Origin: Bacillota bacterium | GTDB lineage: Bacteria > Bacillota > Clostridia > Christensenellales > Pumilibacteraceae | Reading direction: 5' to 3' | Assembly (NCBI GenBank): GCA_009780325.1 | Contig: WRAF01000001.1 | Coordinates: 125,048 to 189,047 of the forward strand | DNA length: 64,000 bases | Part shown: positions 29,989 through 38,606 of the stretch, in pieces | Numbering within the stretch: the stretch's first letter is position 1 | Layout of the letters: the number at the start of each line of letters is the position of its first letter | Program-made: the position numbers and the translations under genes | Notes under the pieces: generated by a model | Told to the model about the DNA's origin: nothing | The model's database searches: none | Seen by the model: the letters and a program-made list of their open reading frames with translations, nothing else

Positions 29989-30140
29989 AACTATGCTTGC
30001 ACAGTTAAGAAAAAATAAATTCAACTTTTTTTTCAAAAAAATGCAACAAAATGGAACTTTGAGTTGTATTAATAGTGTACGGGTCTATTCTCGGATAAAA
30101 TAACTCTTTTAACAATAGTTATTAGAGGAGGGCAACCATT

Positions 30141-31151
30141 ATGAAGAAAAAACTAATTTCAATAATAATAGCCATTACCATGACGGCGGTGACAGCGACT
30201 ATGTTAACGGGCTGCAATATAGGGTTGCCTCCAGTAGACCCCGCTTTTAACAATTATCAATTTATGAGCATTGAAGCTGCTTACAGCAAAGGGTTTTTGG
30301 ACAGAGAAGATATAAAGCAAATTGCGTATCGTGGCGACGGCACAGTTATAGAGTTTACAGGAGAAGATGCAAATACTGTCCGAAATGGATGGTGCTGTTG
30401 CCTTGATCCTGAAGAATGGGTTAATATTAGAGTGATTGAATTTACTCCTAGCCGTATTAGAGAACCAATTTCATCCGAAGTGGCGGCAGCTGCAAGAAAT
30501 ATATCCGCCCGTAATATTCATAATCACACATGGAGACAAGACGGATATTCGCTTAGAGACATATATAATAATTTAATCGTTACTGGCAGCACTTATAATG
30601 GTGTACATTTAATTGTGGTCACGTCACATTTATGGGACTATCCAGCAGTTATAGTAGATACAGTGATAAGCGGAATTGTTTGGACTCATGGGTATCCGAC
30701 AGCGTCGGTTTTTGTTTTTATACCTACCGACGAAGCGACTGTACGACACAGCAGCGCTGATTTTAGAGTAGCGACAAGTGGTGATTCTTTGAGGCGAAAT
30801 AACGAGATTGTCATAACCATAGAAGTGACTTCCCATCAAGATTTTGAGATTGAGTTAACTTCAGACGCTTGGCGTGGAGCAGCAGGAGCTATTGGCTGGC
30901 GACTGTACAACAATGGCAATGTTGCTCCTCTTTTTCTTACTGCGACAGATGACTGGGCAGAGGTGCAGATAAAAAAGGGGGATACTTTCATAAGGGTTAT
31001 AAATTTATCGGCATCATATTTTGATGCTTGTTGCTGTGAACCTTCCAACTTGATAGGTAATTTTACGATTCAAGTTACTCTTTTTGGGAGAGAATTGGAG
31101 CCAGTTGGTTGGCTTTGTACAAGCTTAGCTTTAAATATTGACTTACGATAA
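30141..31151 (+). CDS. Cys-rich lipoprotein, unknown function
   Basis: Signal peptide with lipobox MLTGC and two CCC triplets (WCCCLDPEEW, FDACCCEPSN). The gene is visibly GC-richer than its surroundings. Confidence 0.65.
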   Translation: MKKKLISIIIAITMTAVTATMLTGCNIGLPPVDPAFNNYQFMSIEAAYSKGFLDREDIKQIAYRGDGTVIEFTGEDANTVRNGWCCCLDPEEWVNIRVIEFTPSRIREPISSEVAAAARNISARNIHNHTWRQDGYSLRDIYNNLIVTGSTYNGVHLIVVTSHLWDYPAVIVDTVISGIVWTHGYPTASVFVFIPTDEATVRHSSADFRVATSGDSLRRNNEIVITIEVTSHQDFEIELTSDAWRGAAGAIGWRLYNNGNVAPLFLTATDDWAEVQIKKGDTFIRVINLSASYFDACCCEPSNLIGNFTIQVTLFGRELEPVGWLCTSLALNIDLR

Positions 31152-31179
31152 AAGTTACAAAAATTTGAAAACAAGTCAT

Positions 31180-31279
31180 AAAGCCGAACTCAATTTTATC
31201 CCAAACTTATTGACCAACTTAAAAATGGAGCAGGGACAAGTGATTGGATATTGACCCGACCTTTCAATCCACTAAGACA
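31180..31279 (+). repeat. cassette-3' direct repeat DR2
   Basis: See DR1. It begins ~30 nt after the stop codon of the preceding gene, just as DR1 does. Confidence 0.8.
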
Positions 31280-31355
31280 TAAATATATTGGTAAAAAGTA
31301 ATTAGATTAATTGATAAAATAAATGCAAAATTAACTATTAAAGGAGATGTAAAAC

Positions 31356-31973
31356 ATGAGTGATGACAAATTTGAAAATGAGGTTAAGTGGAGGCTTGAT
31401 AAAATAAATTCTGATTTATACCAAAAAGAAAGAGCCAAGGAAAACGAAAAGTTTTATGAGGACGGCAGAAAAAATCATGAAAGATGGAATGCTGAGGCAG
31501 AGCAACGTAGAGAAAGCAAGAAAAATTCATGGTGGAATAGTTCTACAAGTGAAGCAACTCAAGCGAGTTATAATGCAGCTATGACGGAAAGAGCTGCAAA
31601 TGAAATGGCGAAAAAAGAAGCTGAAAAAATAAAAATAGCAGCTATGTCGTCAGACGAGAGAACGCTGTATCTTGCTAAAAAGCGTTCAAATGTTTTTAAT
31701 GGTTTTGCCATTTTTACAACGCTAGTTGCAATACTCTTTATTGCACTTGCATGGGGAGTTAACGAGTTTAATGAATTAGGACATAATGTTATGACTGTAG
31801 TTCCTATTGTTTTCGCTAGTATTACTTTGTTGCTTTATATAATTGGTTTATCTACAAAATCGTTTAGGCTAAAAAGAATTGCATTTGCTGTTATTATGGT
31901 TTTGCTTTCAATAGGCATTATTATAGCGGCAGTTATTTGGTTCAATGGGTTTGTTCCTACTCCAACACCTTAA
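31356..31973 (+). CDS. membrane protein with charged N-terminal domain and three C-terminal TM helices
   Basis: 205 aa; RBS AAAGGAGA. No family recognised. Confidence 0.55.
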   Translation: MSDDKFENEVKWRLDKINSDLYQKERAKENEKFYEDGRKNHERWNAEAEQRRESKKNSWWNSSTSEATQASYNAAMTERAANEMAKKEAEKIKIAAMSSDERTLYLAKKRSNVFNGFAIFTTLVAILFIALAWGVNEFNELGHNVMTVVPIVFASITLLLYIIGLSTKSFRLKRIAFAVIMVLLSIGIIIAAVIWFNGFVPTPTP

Positions 31974-31979
31974 AACATA

Positions 31980-32135
31980 ATGAACATCAAAAAATTTTAC
32001 AGAGTAATGTCTACTATGTCGCATAGGTTTGCTGTTGAGATTGATGGCGAGGTTTTGGTGTGGCATTCTAAAAGGGGAGCAAAAGTGTATGGTAATAAGT
32101 ATAGTAATACATATCTGGCTCAGAATGAGGGGTGA
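31980..32135 (+). pseudogene. ghost copy of the rsgA 5' end
   Basis: 51-codon ORF MNIKKFYRVMSTMSHRFAVEIDGEVLVW..., compared with the real RsgA MENNKLYRVISTMSHRFLVDLGDEVLVC.... DNA similarity is visible over ~80 nt, after which the two diverge. Confidence 0.65.
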
Positions 32136-32168
32136 TTTATATCGATAGAAAAGGAAATGTTGCTGATT

Positions 32169-33065
32169 ATGGAAAACAATAAACTTTACAGAGTAATATC
32201 CACAATGTCACATCGTTTTTTAGTTGATTTAGGCGATGAGGTTTTGGTATGCAGTGCAAGATCAAGCAATAAAACTCAAGCCAATCATAGTGATGTGCAC
32301 AATAAATTCTCTAAAAAGGGCGGGACAATATTAGCAGGTGATTTTGTTAGAGTCGATATTATCAATAAAGTTATATTAAGTGTTGAAGATAGAAAAAATA
32401 AACTTATCCGTCCAGCTGTTTCAAATATTGACCAACTAATCATGGTAATATCATCTATCCCGCAGCCAGATTTTAAAATGCTTGATAAAATGATAATCAA
32501 TGCTATTTCAAAAAAAATCGTGCCAATCATATGTATTAATAAATCGGATATTAATAGTGATGACTTTCAAGTCCAAATCACTATGCAATATAAGGATATT
32601 AAAATAATTCAAATTTCGGCAGAAAAAAGTGATATAGATTCACTGAAAAAACTATTAAAAAATAAATTGTCTGTTTTATCAGGTCAATCGGCTGTGGGGA
32701 AGTCCACCATTATAAATGCTTTGACTAATTACGAGACAAGAAAAATCGGTGATTTGTCTAAAGCTATTCAGCGAGGCAAAAATACCACTACAAATACAGA
32801 GCTTTTTAAGATAAACGGCGGTCTTTTGGCAGATACTCCTGGCTTTAGTTTGACAGAGCTGTTTGATATTACTCATGGTGACTTAGATTTATATTACCCT
32901 GAATTTGAAAAACATAGACATTTATGCAAGTACCATCGCTGCAATCATATAAATGAGCCATCATGCAAAATCATTGAAAATAAAACCAAATACCTAAACC
33001 GATACGATAGATATATAGAGATATTTAATGAACTAAAAGAAAAACATGATAATAAGTATAAATAA
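32169..33065 (+). CDS. rsgA: ribosome small-subunit GTPase RsgA (CpgA/YloQ)
   Basis: Circularly permuted GTPase (INKSDI, GQSAVGKSTIINAL, DTPGF) with a C-terminal zinc knuckle CKYHRCNHINEPSC. Confidence 0.87.
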   Translation: MENNKLYRVISTMSHRFLVDLGDEVLVCSARSSNKTQANHSDVHNKFSKKGGTILAGDFVRVDIINKVILSVEDRKNKLIRPAVSNIDQLIMVISSIPQPDFKMLDKMIINAISKKIVPIICINKSDINSDDFQVQITMQYKDIKIIQISAEKSDIDSLKKLLKNKLSVLSGQSAVGKSTIINALTNYETRKIGDLSKAIQRGKNTTTNTELFKINGGLLADTPGFSLTELFDITHGDLDLYYPEFEKHRHLCKYHRCNHINEPSCKIIENKTKYLNRYDRYIEIFNELKEKHDNKYK

Positions 33066-33079
33066 TAAGGATGATTAAA

Positions 33080-33721
33080 ATGAAAACAAAGATAGCCCCA
33101 TCAATTTTAAGTGCTGATTTTTCTAAAATGGGTGAGCAAATTGAAATGATTTCAAATGCTGACTTTATCCATTGTGATGTAATGGACGGGCGTTTTGTGC
33201 CTAATCTTACTTTTGGAATGAAGATGATTAAAGACATCAAAAAAACGACTAATATACCGCTTGATGTTCATTTAATGATTGAAGAACCAGAGAATTATAT
33301 AGAAGAATTCATTAAATCAGGAGCTGATTATCTCACTTTTCATATTGAGGCTACAAAAAAAATTGACCACTGTCTAGACCTGATTCATTTGCATAATATT
33401 AAGGGCGGACTAGCAATTTCTCCGGATACTCCGATTTATACTGTAGAATCACATTTAAATAAATGTGATATTATTGTAGTCATGAGTGTTTATCCTGGTT
33501 TTGGCGGTCAAAAATTTATACCTGCATCATTAGAAAAAATCACTGCTCTTAAAAAAATGATTACAGATAAAAATTTTAATACTTTAATAGAAGTGGACGG
33601 AGGTGTGACTTTTGATAACGCCAAAAATATAATGGATGCAGGTGCAGATATTTTAGTGGCAGGCAATACAGTATTTGGAAACAAAAAACCTAAAAATGCA
33701 ATAAAAACTCTGCAAAACTGA
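33080..33721 (+). CDS. rpe: ribulose-phosphate 3-epimerase
   Basis: IAPSILSADF, HCDVMDGRFVPNLTFG and VDGGV motifs. Confidence 0.92.
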   Translation: MKTKIAPSILSADFSKMGEQIEMISNADFIHCDVMDGRFVPNLTFGMKMIKDIKKTTNIPLDVHLMIEEPENYIEEFIKSGADYLTFHIEATKKIDHCLDLIHLHNIKGGLAISPDTPIYTVESHLNKCDIIVVMSVYPGFGGQKFIPASLEKITALKKMITDKNFNTLIEVDGGVTFDNAKNIMDAGADILVAGNTVFGNKKPKNAIKTLQN

Positions 33722-33865
33722 GAGAAGAGCAACTGCTTTCTAAAACGCAAGCTAAGACAGTTCAATATGAAAGTTGCAAATTATCATTTTCTTGCTACAA
33801 TCGTATAAGATTATAGAAACATTTATTTTAACAATAAAATCAACCATATGGAGGTAATAAATTAA

Positions 33866-34477
33866 GTGAAGAAAAAGATTATAGTCATCGGCATCGCAGT
33901 AATGATGATATTTGCGATAGGGCTAATGACGGGATGTGCAACAACTCCGAGGGGATATGTAAGAAGAGGAATTGAAACATCTCCAATATTAATGTACTTT
34001 GAAGATTCAACTATTCCATGGCGAAATGCGGAGTTTGATTTGAAGATTCAATTTCCGTATATTAATTTGGATTATGAATGCAACAATCAATATTTTGTGG
34101 TTCAAAATCAGTTACACAGTATTCGTTCCACAACATTACCAATTAGAAGTGGAGATGTGCTTGTTTATAAAAATTGTGAAACAAGTTTGAGATTAGGACA
34201 GCTAGTAACAAAAACAGATGCCCAAGCTGAAGGCTTTGGGATAAGCATAGTTTTCGTACACTCAAATTATATTTATTACCAACTGACCGAGGGGAGAAGC
34301 TCTAACCAGTGGAATATTTCAGAAGGGCGTGAGACTGTATTTTTTTCAAAGTACACATTTCATCGTTTCAACCTAAATACAGGAGAAAACGAAAAAATAG
34401 GTCTTAATCATTTTTATAATAAACTATCAACTTATTTTGATGATATTAAACTAAATCCTAACTTTAGTGTTAGGTAA
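33866..34477 (+). CDS. lipoprotein, unknown function
   Basis: Signal peptide plus lipobox LMTGC; GTG start after GGAGG. Confidence 0.55.
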   Translation: MKKKIIVIGIAVMMIFAIGLMTGCATTPRGYVRRGIETSPILMYFEDSTIPWRNAEFDLKIQFPYINLDYECNNQYFVVQNQLHSIRSTTLPIRSGDVLVYKNCETSLRLGQLVTKTDAQAEGFGISIVFVHSNYIYYQLTEGRSSNQWNISEGRETVFFSKYTFHRFNLNTGENEKIGLNHFYNKLSTYFDDIKLNPNFSVR

Positions 34478-34816
34478 ATAAAAGGAGAAAAATTAAAATG
34501 AACACAGAGACAACAATGAGAGAGATAGCGAAAATATAAGAATATGACCCAAATCTTATTCTTTATATAGAGAATTGTGGCTTTGCCCCAAAACAAACAA
34601 CGGTTGTAATGAGTGAGAACTAGGTTGGATAAGTGGTGAATTCGCTTTGCCAAAAAGCCACCGCATTCATAAGGAATAATCATGCCAGATGAGATTCCAC
34701 CAGCCAAAGCATCGGATTACATGAAAGTCTTGGTCATTCAACGCTATAACAACAAAAGATGAGAAGTAGTTCATGCAAACAACCAAAGGCACTAGGGCGA
34801 CGAGCTCTTTTGCTGA

Positions 34817-35455
34817 TTAACCTTGGCTACGATATTTTTTCACAAGTTGGGCAACTTTCTCAGCAAATCTACCAGGAATGCGTTCGTCCCAATATTCAAT
34901 AGAATCACTTAGTGAGGAAAGGGTAGCTTCAAATGCAGATTGATTCAATTCATTTTTAATAGCCTGAACATAGAAGACTAAGTCCTCGAATTTCATAGTG
35001 CGGGTATTGCTTTTTCCATTTACCCAATTATCAATCATATTTAGGTAAATGAAAGCACTACCTTGATTCATGCCAGTTCTGCTTGAAACCATTTTAGCAA
35101 GTTGCTGATTATCATTGTCACGATTAATTTTATGTTGCTTAAAAACAGTCCAAAGAAAGTTGCGCATATCAGAATTGATTGCACTGTTAGAACGGCGAGT
35201 GGGCTGAAAATCGTTATCCCATGAGTGGGCATTATCAGTCGCAGCTGTTTGTAGTGGGGCAGGTGATGGCGGAGCAATGTTTGAGTGAGAAGCAAGAGTA
35301 GAAGAGGTAAGGAAAGAGATGTTCCGTTCCTTAATCAACTTTTTTAAAAACATTTTTATTGCGATATTGGCGTCAAGACCAAAATCATCAAGAATGTTTT
35401 CGGCTTCGTCTAGCAAGTGAGCGTCCAAGGTTAATGATAGTTCTTTGTTATTCAT
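34817..35455 (-). CDS. RelB/DinJ-like ribbon-helix-helix domain fused to an unknown ~140-aa C-terminal domain
   Basis: The N-terminal SLTLDAHLLDEAENILDDFGLDANIAIKMFLKKLIKERNISF fits the RelB/DinJ antitoxin pattern. No toxin ORF is adjacent. The gene is GC-richer than its flanks. Confidence 0.6.
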   Translation of the reverse strand: MNNKELSLTLDAHLLDEAENILDDFGLDANIAIKMFLKKLIKERNISFLTSSTLASHSNIAPPSPAPLQTAATDNAHSWDNDFQPTRRSNSAINSDMRNFLWTVFKQHKINRDNDNQQLAKMVSSRTGMNQGSAFIYLNMIDNWVNGKSNTRTMKFEDLVFYVQAIKNELNQSAFEATLSSLSDSIEYWDERIPGRFAEKVAQLVKKYRSQG

Positions 35456-35470
35456 AGTTTTTATCTCCTT

Positions 35471-35500
35471 AGTAAATTTACTTACAGTTAGTAATTTACT
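35471..35500. promoter_or_regulatory. tandem palindromic operator candidates in the 5'UTR of the DinJ-like gene
   Basis: AGTAAATTTACT (a perfect palindrome) and AGTAATTTACT, 7 nt apart. They lie between the minus-strand promoter (TTGACA-18-TATACT at 35535..35506) and the RBS. Confidence 0.5.
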
Positions 35501-35762
35501 ATACCAGTATATCCTATAAGTAATTAAGCTGTCAAGCGATTTTCGATATATTTTTAAAAAAACTTTAAGAAAGTTTTTACTTACTAATAGTAATTTTTCG
35601 ATGTTAATCCTGCCATCCCTAGCGATGGTTTTATACTCATATTCGAATTTTTTAAAGCTATAGAAAGAAATTTAATGTAACAATAATGGACAAGAACACC
35701 CAACAACCATGCACGCTTAGTTTAATTTATGCATATATAATGGTACGGGGGGAGAAAGTTTT

Positions 35763-35885
35763 ATGAAGCACAGAATACATTGTTGTAAGCCGCCATGGCT
35801 AATTAGAGCATTATTATTAAGATGCACAAGGCAAGGGAGAAATTTTAGAAGAGGACATAGGAGCAGAGGAAGAGGCAGGAGATAG
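35763..35885 (+). CDS. speculative 40-aa Arg-rich, Cys-containing peptide
   Basis: GGGGGGAGAAAG RBS then ATG: MKHRIHCCKPPWLIRALLLRCTRQGRNFRRGHRSRGRGRR. Divergent from the DinJ-like gene. Confidence 0.2.
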   Translation: MKHRIHCCKPPWLIRALLLRCTRQGRNFRRGHRSRGRGRR

Positions 35886-35978
35886 TTGTTAAAGCAAATT
35901 ATGAGTGATTAAATTATTAATTATTGATTATTGATGTTTTTAATTTATAATTATCTTACATAAAATCATCACCAAAAA

Positions 35979-36006
35979 AGCCACGCTACTGTAAATAGCG
36001 TGGGCT
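35979..36006. terminator. rpmB terminator (bidirectional shape)
   Basis: AGCCACGCTA-CTGTAAA-TAGCGTGGGCT flanked by A- and T-runs. Confidence 0.75.
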
Positions 36007-36035
36007 TTGTTGTTTTTTAAAAATGCAATTTAAAA

Positions 36036-36221
36036 TTACACTGTTTTTTTAGCAGTGCGCATGCATCTAGTGCAAACTTTTTCTCTTCTGACAACTCCGT
36101 CAATTTCAACATTCGCTTTATGGATATTTGCTCCAAAAGTACGTCTTGTTTTGCGGTTAGAGTGGCTGACATTATTGCCGCTTGCTCTTGATTTGCCACA
36201 CATTATACATTCTTTGCTCAT
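36036..36221 (-). CDS. rpmB: 50S ribosomal protein L28
   Basis: MSKECIMCGKSRASGNNVSHSNRKTRRTFGANI.... The ATG at 36221 follows GGAGGTGA. Confidence 0.92.
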   Translation of the reverse strand: MSKECIMCGKSRASGNNVSHSNRKTRRTFGANIHKANVEIDGVVRREKVCTRCMRTAKKTV

Positions 36222-36498
36222 GAGATTCACCTCCATACACAAAAGCCGCTTTTTAGCGATTCCCTGCTTTATAATGGCGGGGCTTTTTTAGTGTTTTAAT
36301 TTAGTACTAGTACTCTAGTACATAATTAAAATAACTATACCATATAAATATATTAAATGCAAGCATTTTTTTATGTCTTTCATTTAAAAATCCAACATTT
36401 TCAAAAAAAATTTATTAAAAATCCAACAAAAACTCTTGCATTTTTTTTAATGAACAGTTAAAATATGAGTATATATTAAAAAGGAGAGTACTAACACT

Positions 36499-36849
36499 TT
36501 GAGCGTAAACACTACAAATGGATATGGCAGAATATCAATATCTGAAGAAGCCATAGCACAAATTGCAGGGCATTCTGCGTTAGAGTGTTATGGTATTATT
36601 GATTTATTATCAAATCGTTTTTCAGATAGTTTTGCTGGAATTTTCAAAAAAAATCAAAAAGGCAAAGGTGTTAGAGTGCTTTGTTATGGCGATAGAATTT
36701 TTATAGATTTATATGTAATAATGAAATATGGATTATCTATAGAAGCAGTTGCTGAGGCTTTAAAAAAAACAGTTAAATATGATGTTGAAAAATTTACAGG
36801 AATGATTGTTGATACTGTTAATGTAAACATAGTGGACACTGGAGTTTGA
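36499..36849 (+). CDS. Asp23/Gls24 family envelope stress protein (YloU-like)
   Basis: 116 aa. ISEEAIAQIAGHSALECYGI is typical of the family, and synteny with rpmB and the DAK2 protein fits. Confidence 0.8.
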   Translation: MSVNTTNGYGRISISEEAIAQIAGHSALECYGIIDLLSNRFSDSFAGIFKKNQKGKGVRVLCYGDRIFIDLYVIMKYGLSIEAVAEALKKTVKYDVEKFTGMIVDTVNVNIVDTGV

Positions 36850-36871
36850 TAAATTAAATTATGGAGTAATT

Positions 36872-38587
36872 ATGTCAAATAAAAAGACAACAAATAATAT
36901 AAATAATAATAATCAAATGGTTATAAAAAAACCTGCTGCACAGACTCAAGTAAAATCAATAAATGGCTTGACTTTAAGGAAGATGATTCTTAATGCGTCA
37001 AGATTGCTAGATGAAAATAAAAATCATGTTGATGCGTTAAATGTTTTTCCAGTTCCTGACGGCGATACAGGCACAAATATGTCGCTTACTCTTTTATCAG
37101 CAGCAAAAGAAGTCACTAATTGTCCATCAAATAATTTAAGTGATGTTTGCAATTCATTTGCTAAAGGAGCATTAAGAGGAGCAAGGGGCAACAGCGGTGT
37201 AATTCTTTCTCAGATAATAAAGGGATTATGCAATGGTTTTGTGGGTGCAAATGAAATTACAATAAAATCTTTTATTAAAGCACTTGCACAAGGTACAGAA
37301 GTTGCTTATAATGCAGTCACAAAACCTAAAGAAGGCACAATGCTTACTATTATTCGTTTTATGAGTGAAGCAGCTAATTCTATCGCAAAAAAATGCCAAG
37401 GGATAGAAGATTTCTTGCATGGCGTAATTTCTGAAGGTGAAAAAGCTTTAAAAATGACGCCTGAAATGCTTGATGTATTAAAAAAAGCAGGAGTTATTGA
37501 TGCAGGCGGCAGAGGATTGTTGATTATTTTTCAAGGTTTTGTTAATGTTCTAACTGAAAAAGAGGAAAATTTACAATTTGATGACTACATAAGTCAATCA
37601 GGATTAGACGGAAAGTTTGACAGTGAGCAGCCTTATGAATTTGGTGAATTATCTGAAATTGAATTTGCATATTGTACAGAGTTTTTTGTTGTTAATTTAT
37701 CAAAAAAGACGACTGAAGTAGATATAGATAGATTTAGAGAAAAACTTATGAATATAGGTGACAGTGTATTAGTAATTGGTGATTTATCTTTAGTCAAAGT
37801 ACATGTTCATACAAATCAACCAGGTGTTGCAATGACTTATGCGCTAGAGTTAGGTGAATTAGACAAATTAAAAGTTGATAACATGCTAGAGCAAAATAGG
37901 CAGCTTGTAGGCAGAAAAAAAGAAGAATTAAAAAAATTCGGAATGGTTTCAGTATGTGTGGGGGATGGACTTGCTAGTATTTTTTCTGATCTTTTAGTTG
38001 ATTGCGTTTTAGCAGGCGGTCAGACTATGAATCCAAGCGCAGATGATATTGCAAAAGCAGCGGATGCAGTGCTAGCTGAAAATGTTTTTATCTTCCCAAA
38101 CAATAAAAATATTATTTTAGCGGCTGAGCAAGCTAAAAATCTATCAAAGAGAAATATTCATATTATTCCTACTCGCTCTGTTCCAGAGGGGTTGTCAGCA
38201 GTTTTAGCATTCAATCCAGAAGATACATTAGAAAATAATTTGACATATATGATGGCGGCAAAAAATACTGTTAAGTCAGGGCTAGTAACCTATGCAGTAA
38301 GAAGCACTCAAATTGATAACTTTGATTTAAAAGAGGGTGACATAATAGGGATTGATTCAAGTGCAATAGTTGCTCAAGGACAAGAATTAAAAAAAGTTAC
38401 TCGTGAACTAGTTTCAAGAATGATGGATCAAGATGTTTCAAATATTACATTGTATTTTGGCAATAATATATCTGAAGATGAGGCAAATTCAGTTGCATTT
38501 GAATTGTCAAAAGAATATAAAAAATGTGATGTAGATATTCATTTTGGTGGTCAGCCGATTTATTATTTTATAGTTTCTTTAGAATAA
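36872..38587 (+). CDS. DAK2-domain protein (YloV/FakA-like fatty acid kinase subunit)
   Basis: 571 aa. DALNVFPVPDGDTGTNM and RGARGNSGVILSQ are DAK2 signatures. Confidence 0.8.
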   Translation: MSNKKTTNNINNNNQMVIKKPAAQTQVKSINGLTLRKMILNASRLLDENKNHVDALNVFPVPDGDTGTNMSLTLLSAAKEVTNCPSNNLSDVCNSFAKGALRGARGNSGVILSQIIKGLCNGFVGANEITIKSFIKALAQGTEVAYNAVTKPKEGTMLTIIRFMSEAANSIAKKCQGIEDFLHGVISEGEKALKMTPEMLDVLKKAGVIDAGGRGLLIIFQGFVNVLTEKEENLQFDDYISQSGLDGKFDSEQPYEFGELSEIEFAYCTEFFVVNLSKKTTEVDIDRFREKLMNIGDSVLVIGDLSLVKVHVHTNQPGVAMTYALELGELDKLKVDNMLEQNRQLVGRKKEELKKFGMVSVCVGDGLASIFSDLLVDCVLAGGQTMNPSADDIAKAADAVLAENVFIFPNNKNIILAAEQAKNLSKRNIHIIPTRSVPEGLSAVLAFNPEDTLENNLTYMMAAKNTVKSGLVTYAVRSTQIDNFDLKEGDIIGIDSSAIVAQGQELKKVTRELVSRMMDQDVSNITLYFGNNISEDEANSVAFELSKEYKKCDVDIHFGGQPIYYFIVSLE

Positions 38588-38606
38588 TTTTTATTTCAAT
38601 AATTTT

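Noticed and set aside
29681-31279. Interpreting DR1/DR2 as integron attC sites.
   Set aside because: There is no integrase gene, no recognisable R''/L''-L'/R' imperfect palindrome, and the repeats are direct and G-poor rather than hairpin-forming. They are kept as an unexplained cassette-like repeat instead.
34432-34707. Minus-strand 91-aa ORF in the decayed patch.
   Set aside because: It has no RBS, overlaps the 3' end of the lipoprotein gene, and its translation is low-complexity. The region is better explained as plus-strand gene remnants with in-frame stops.
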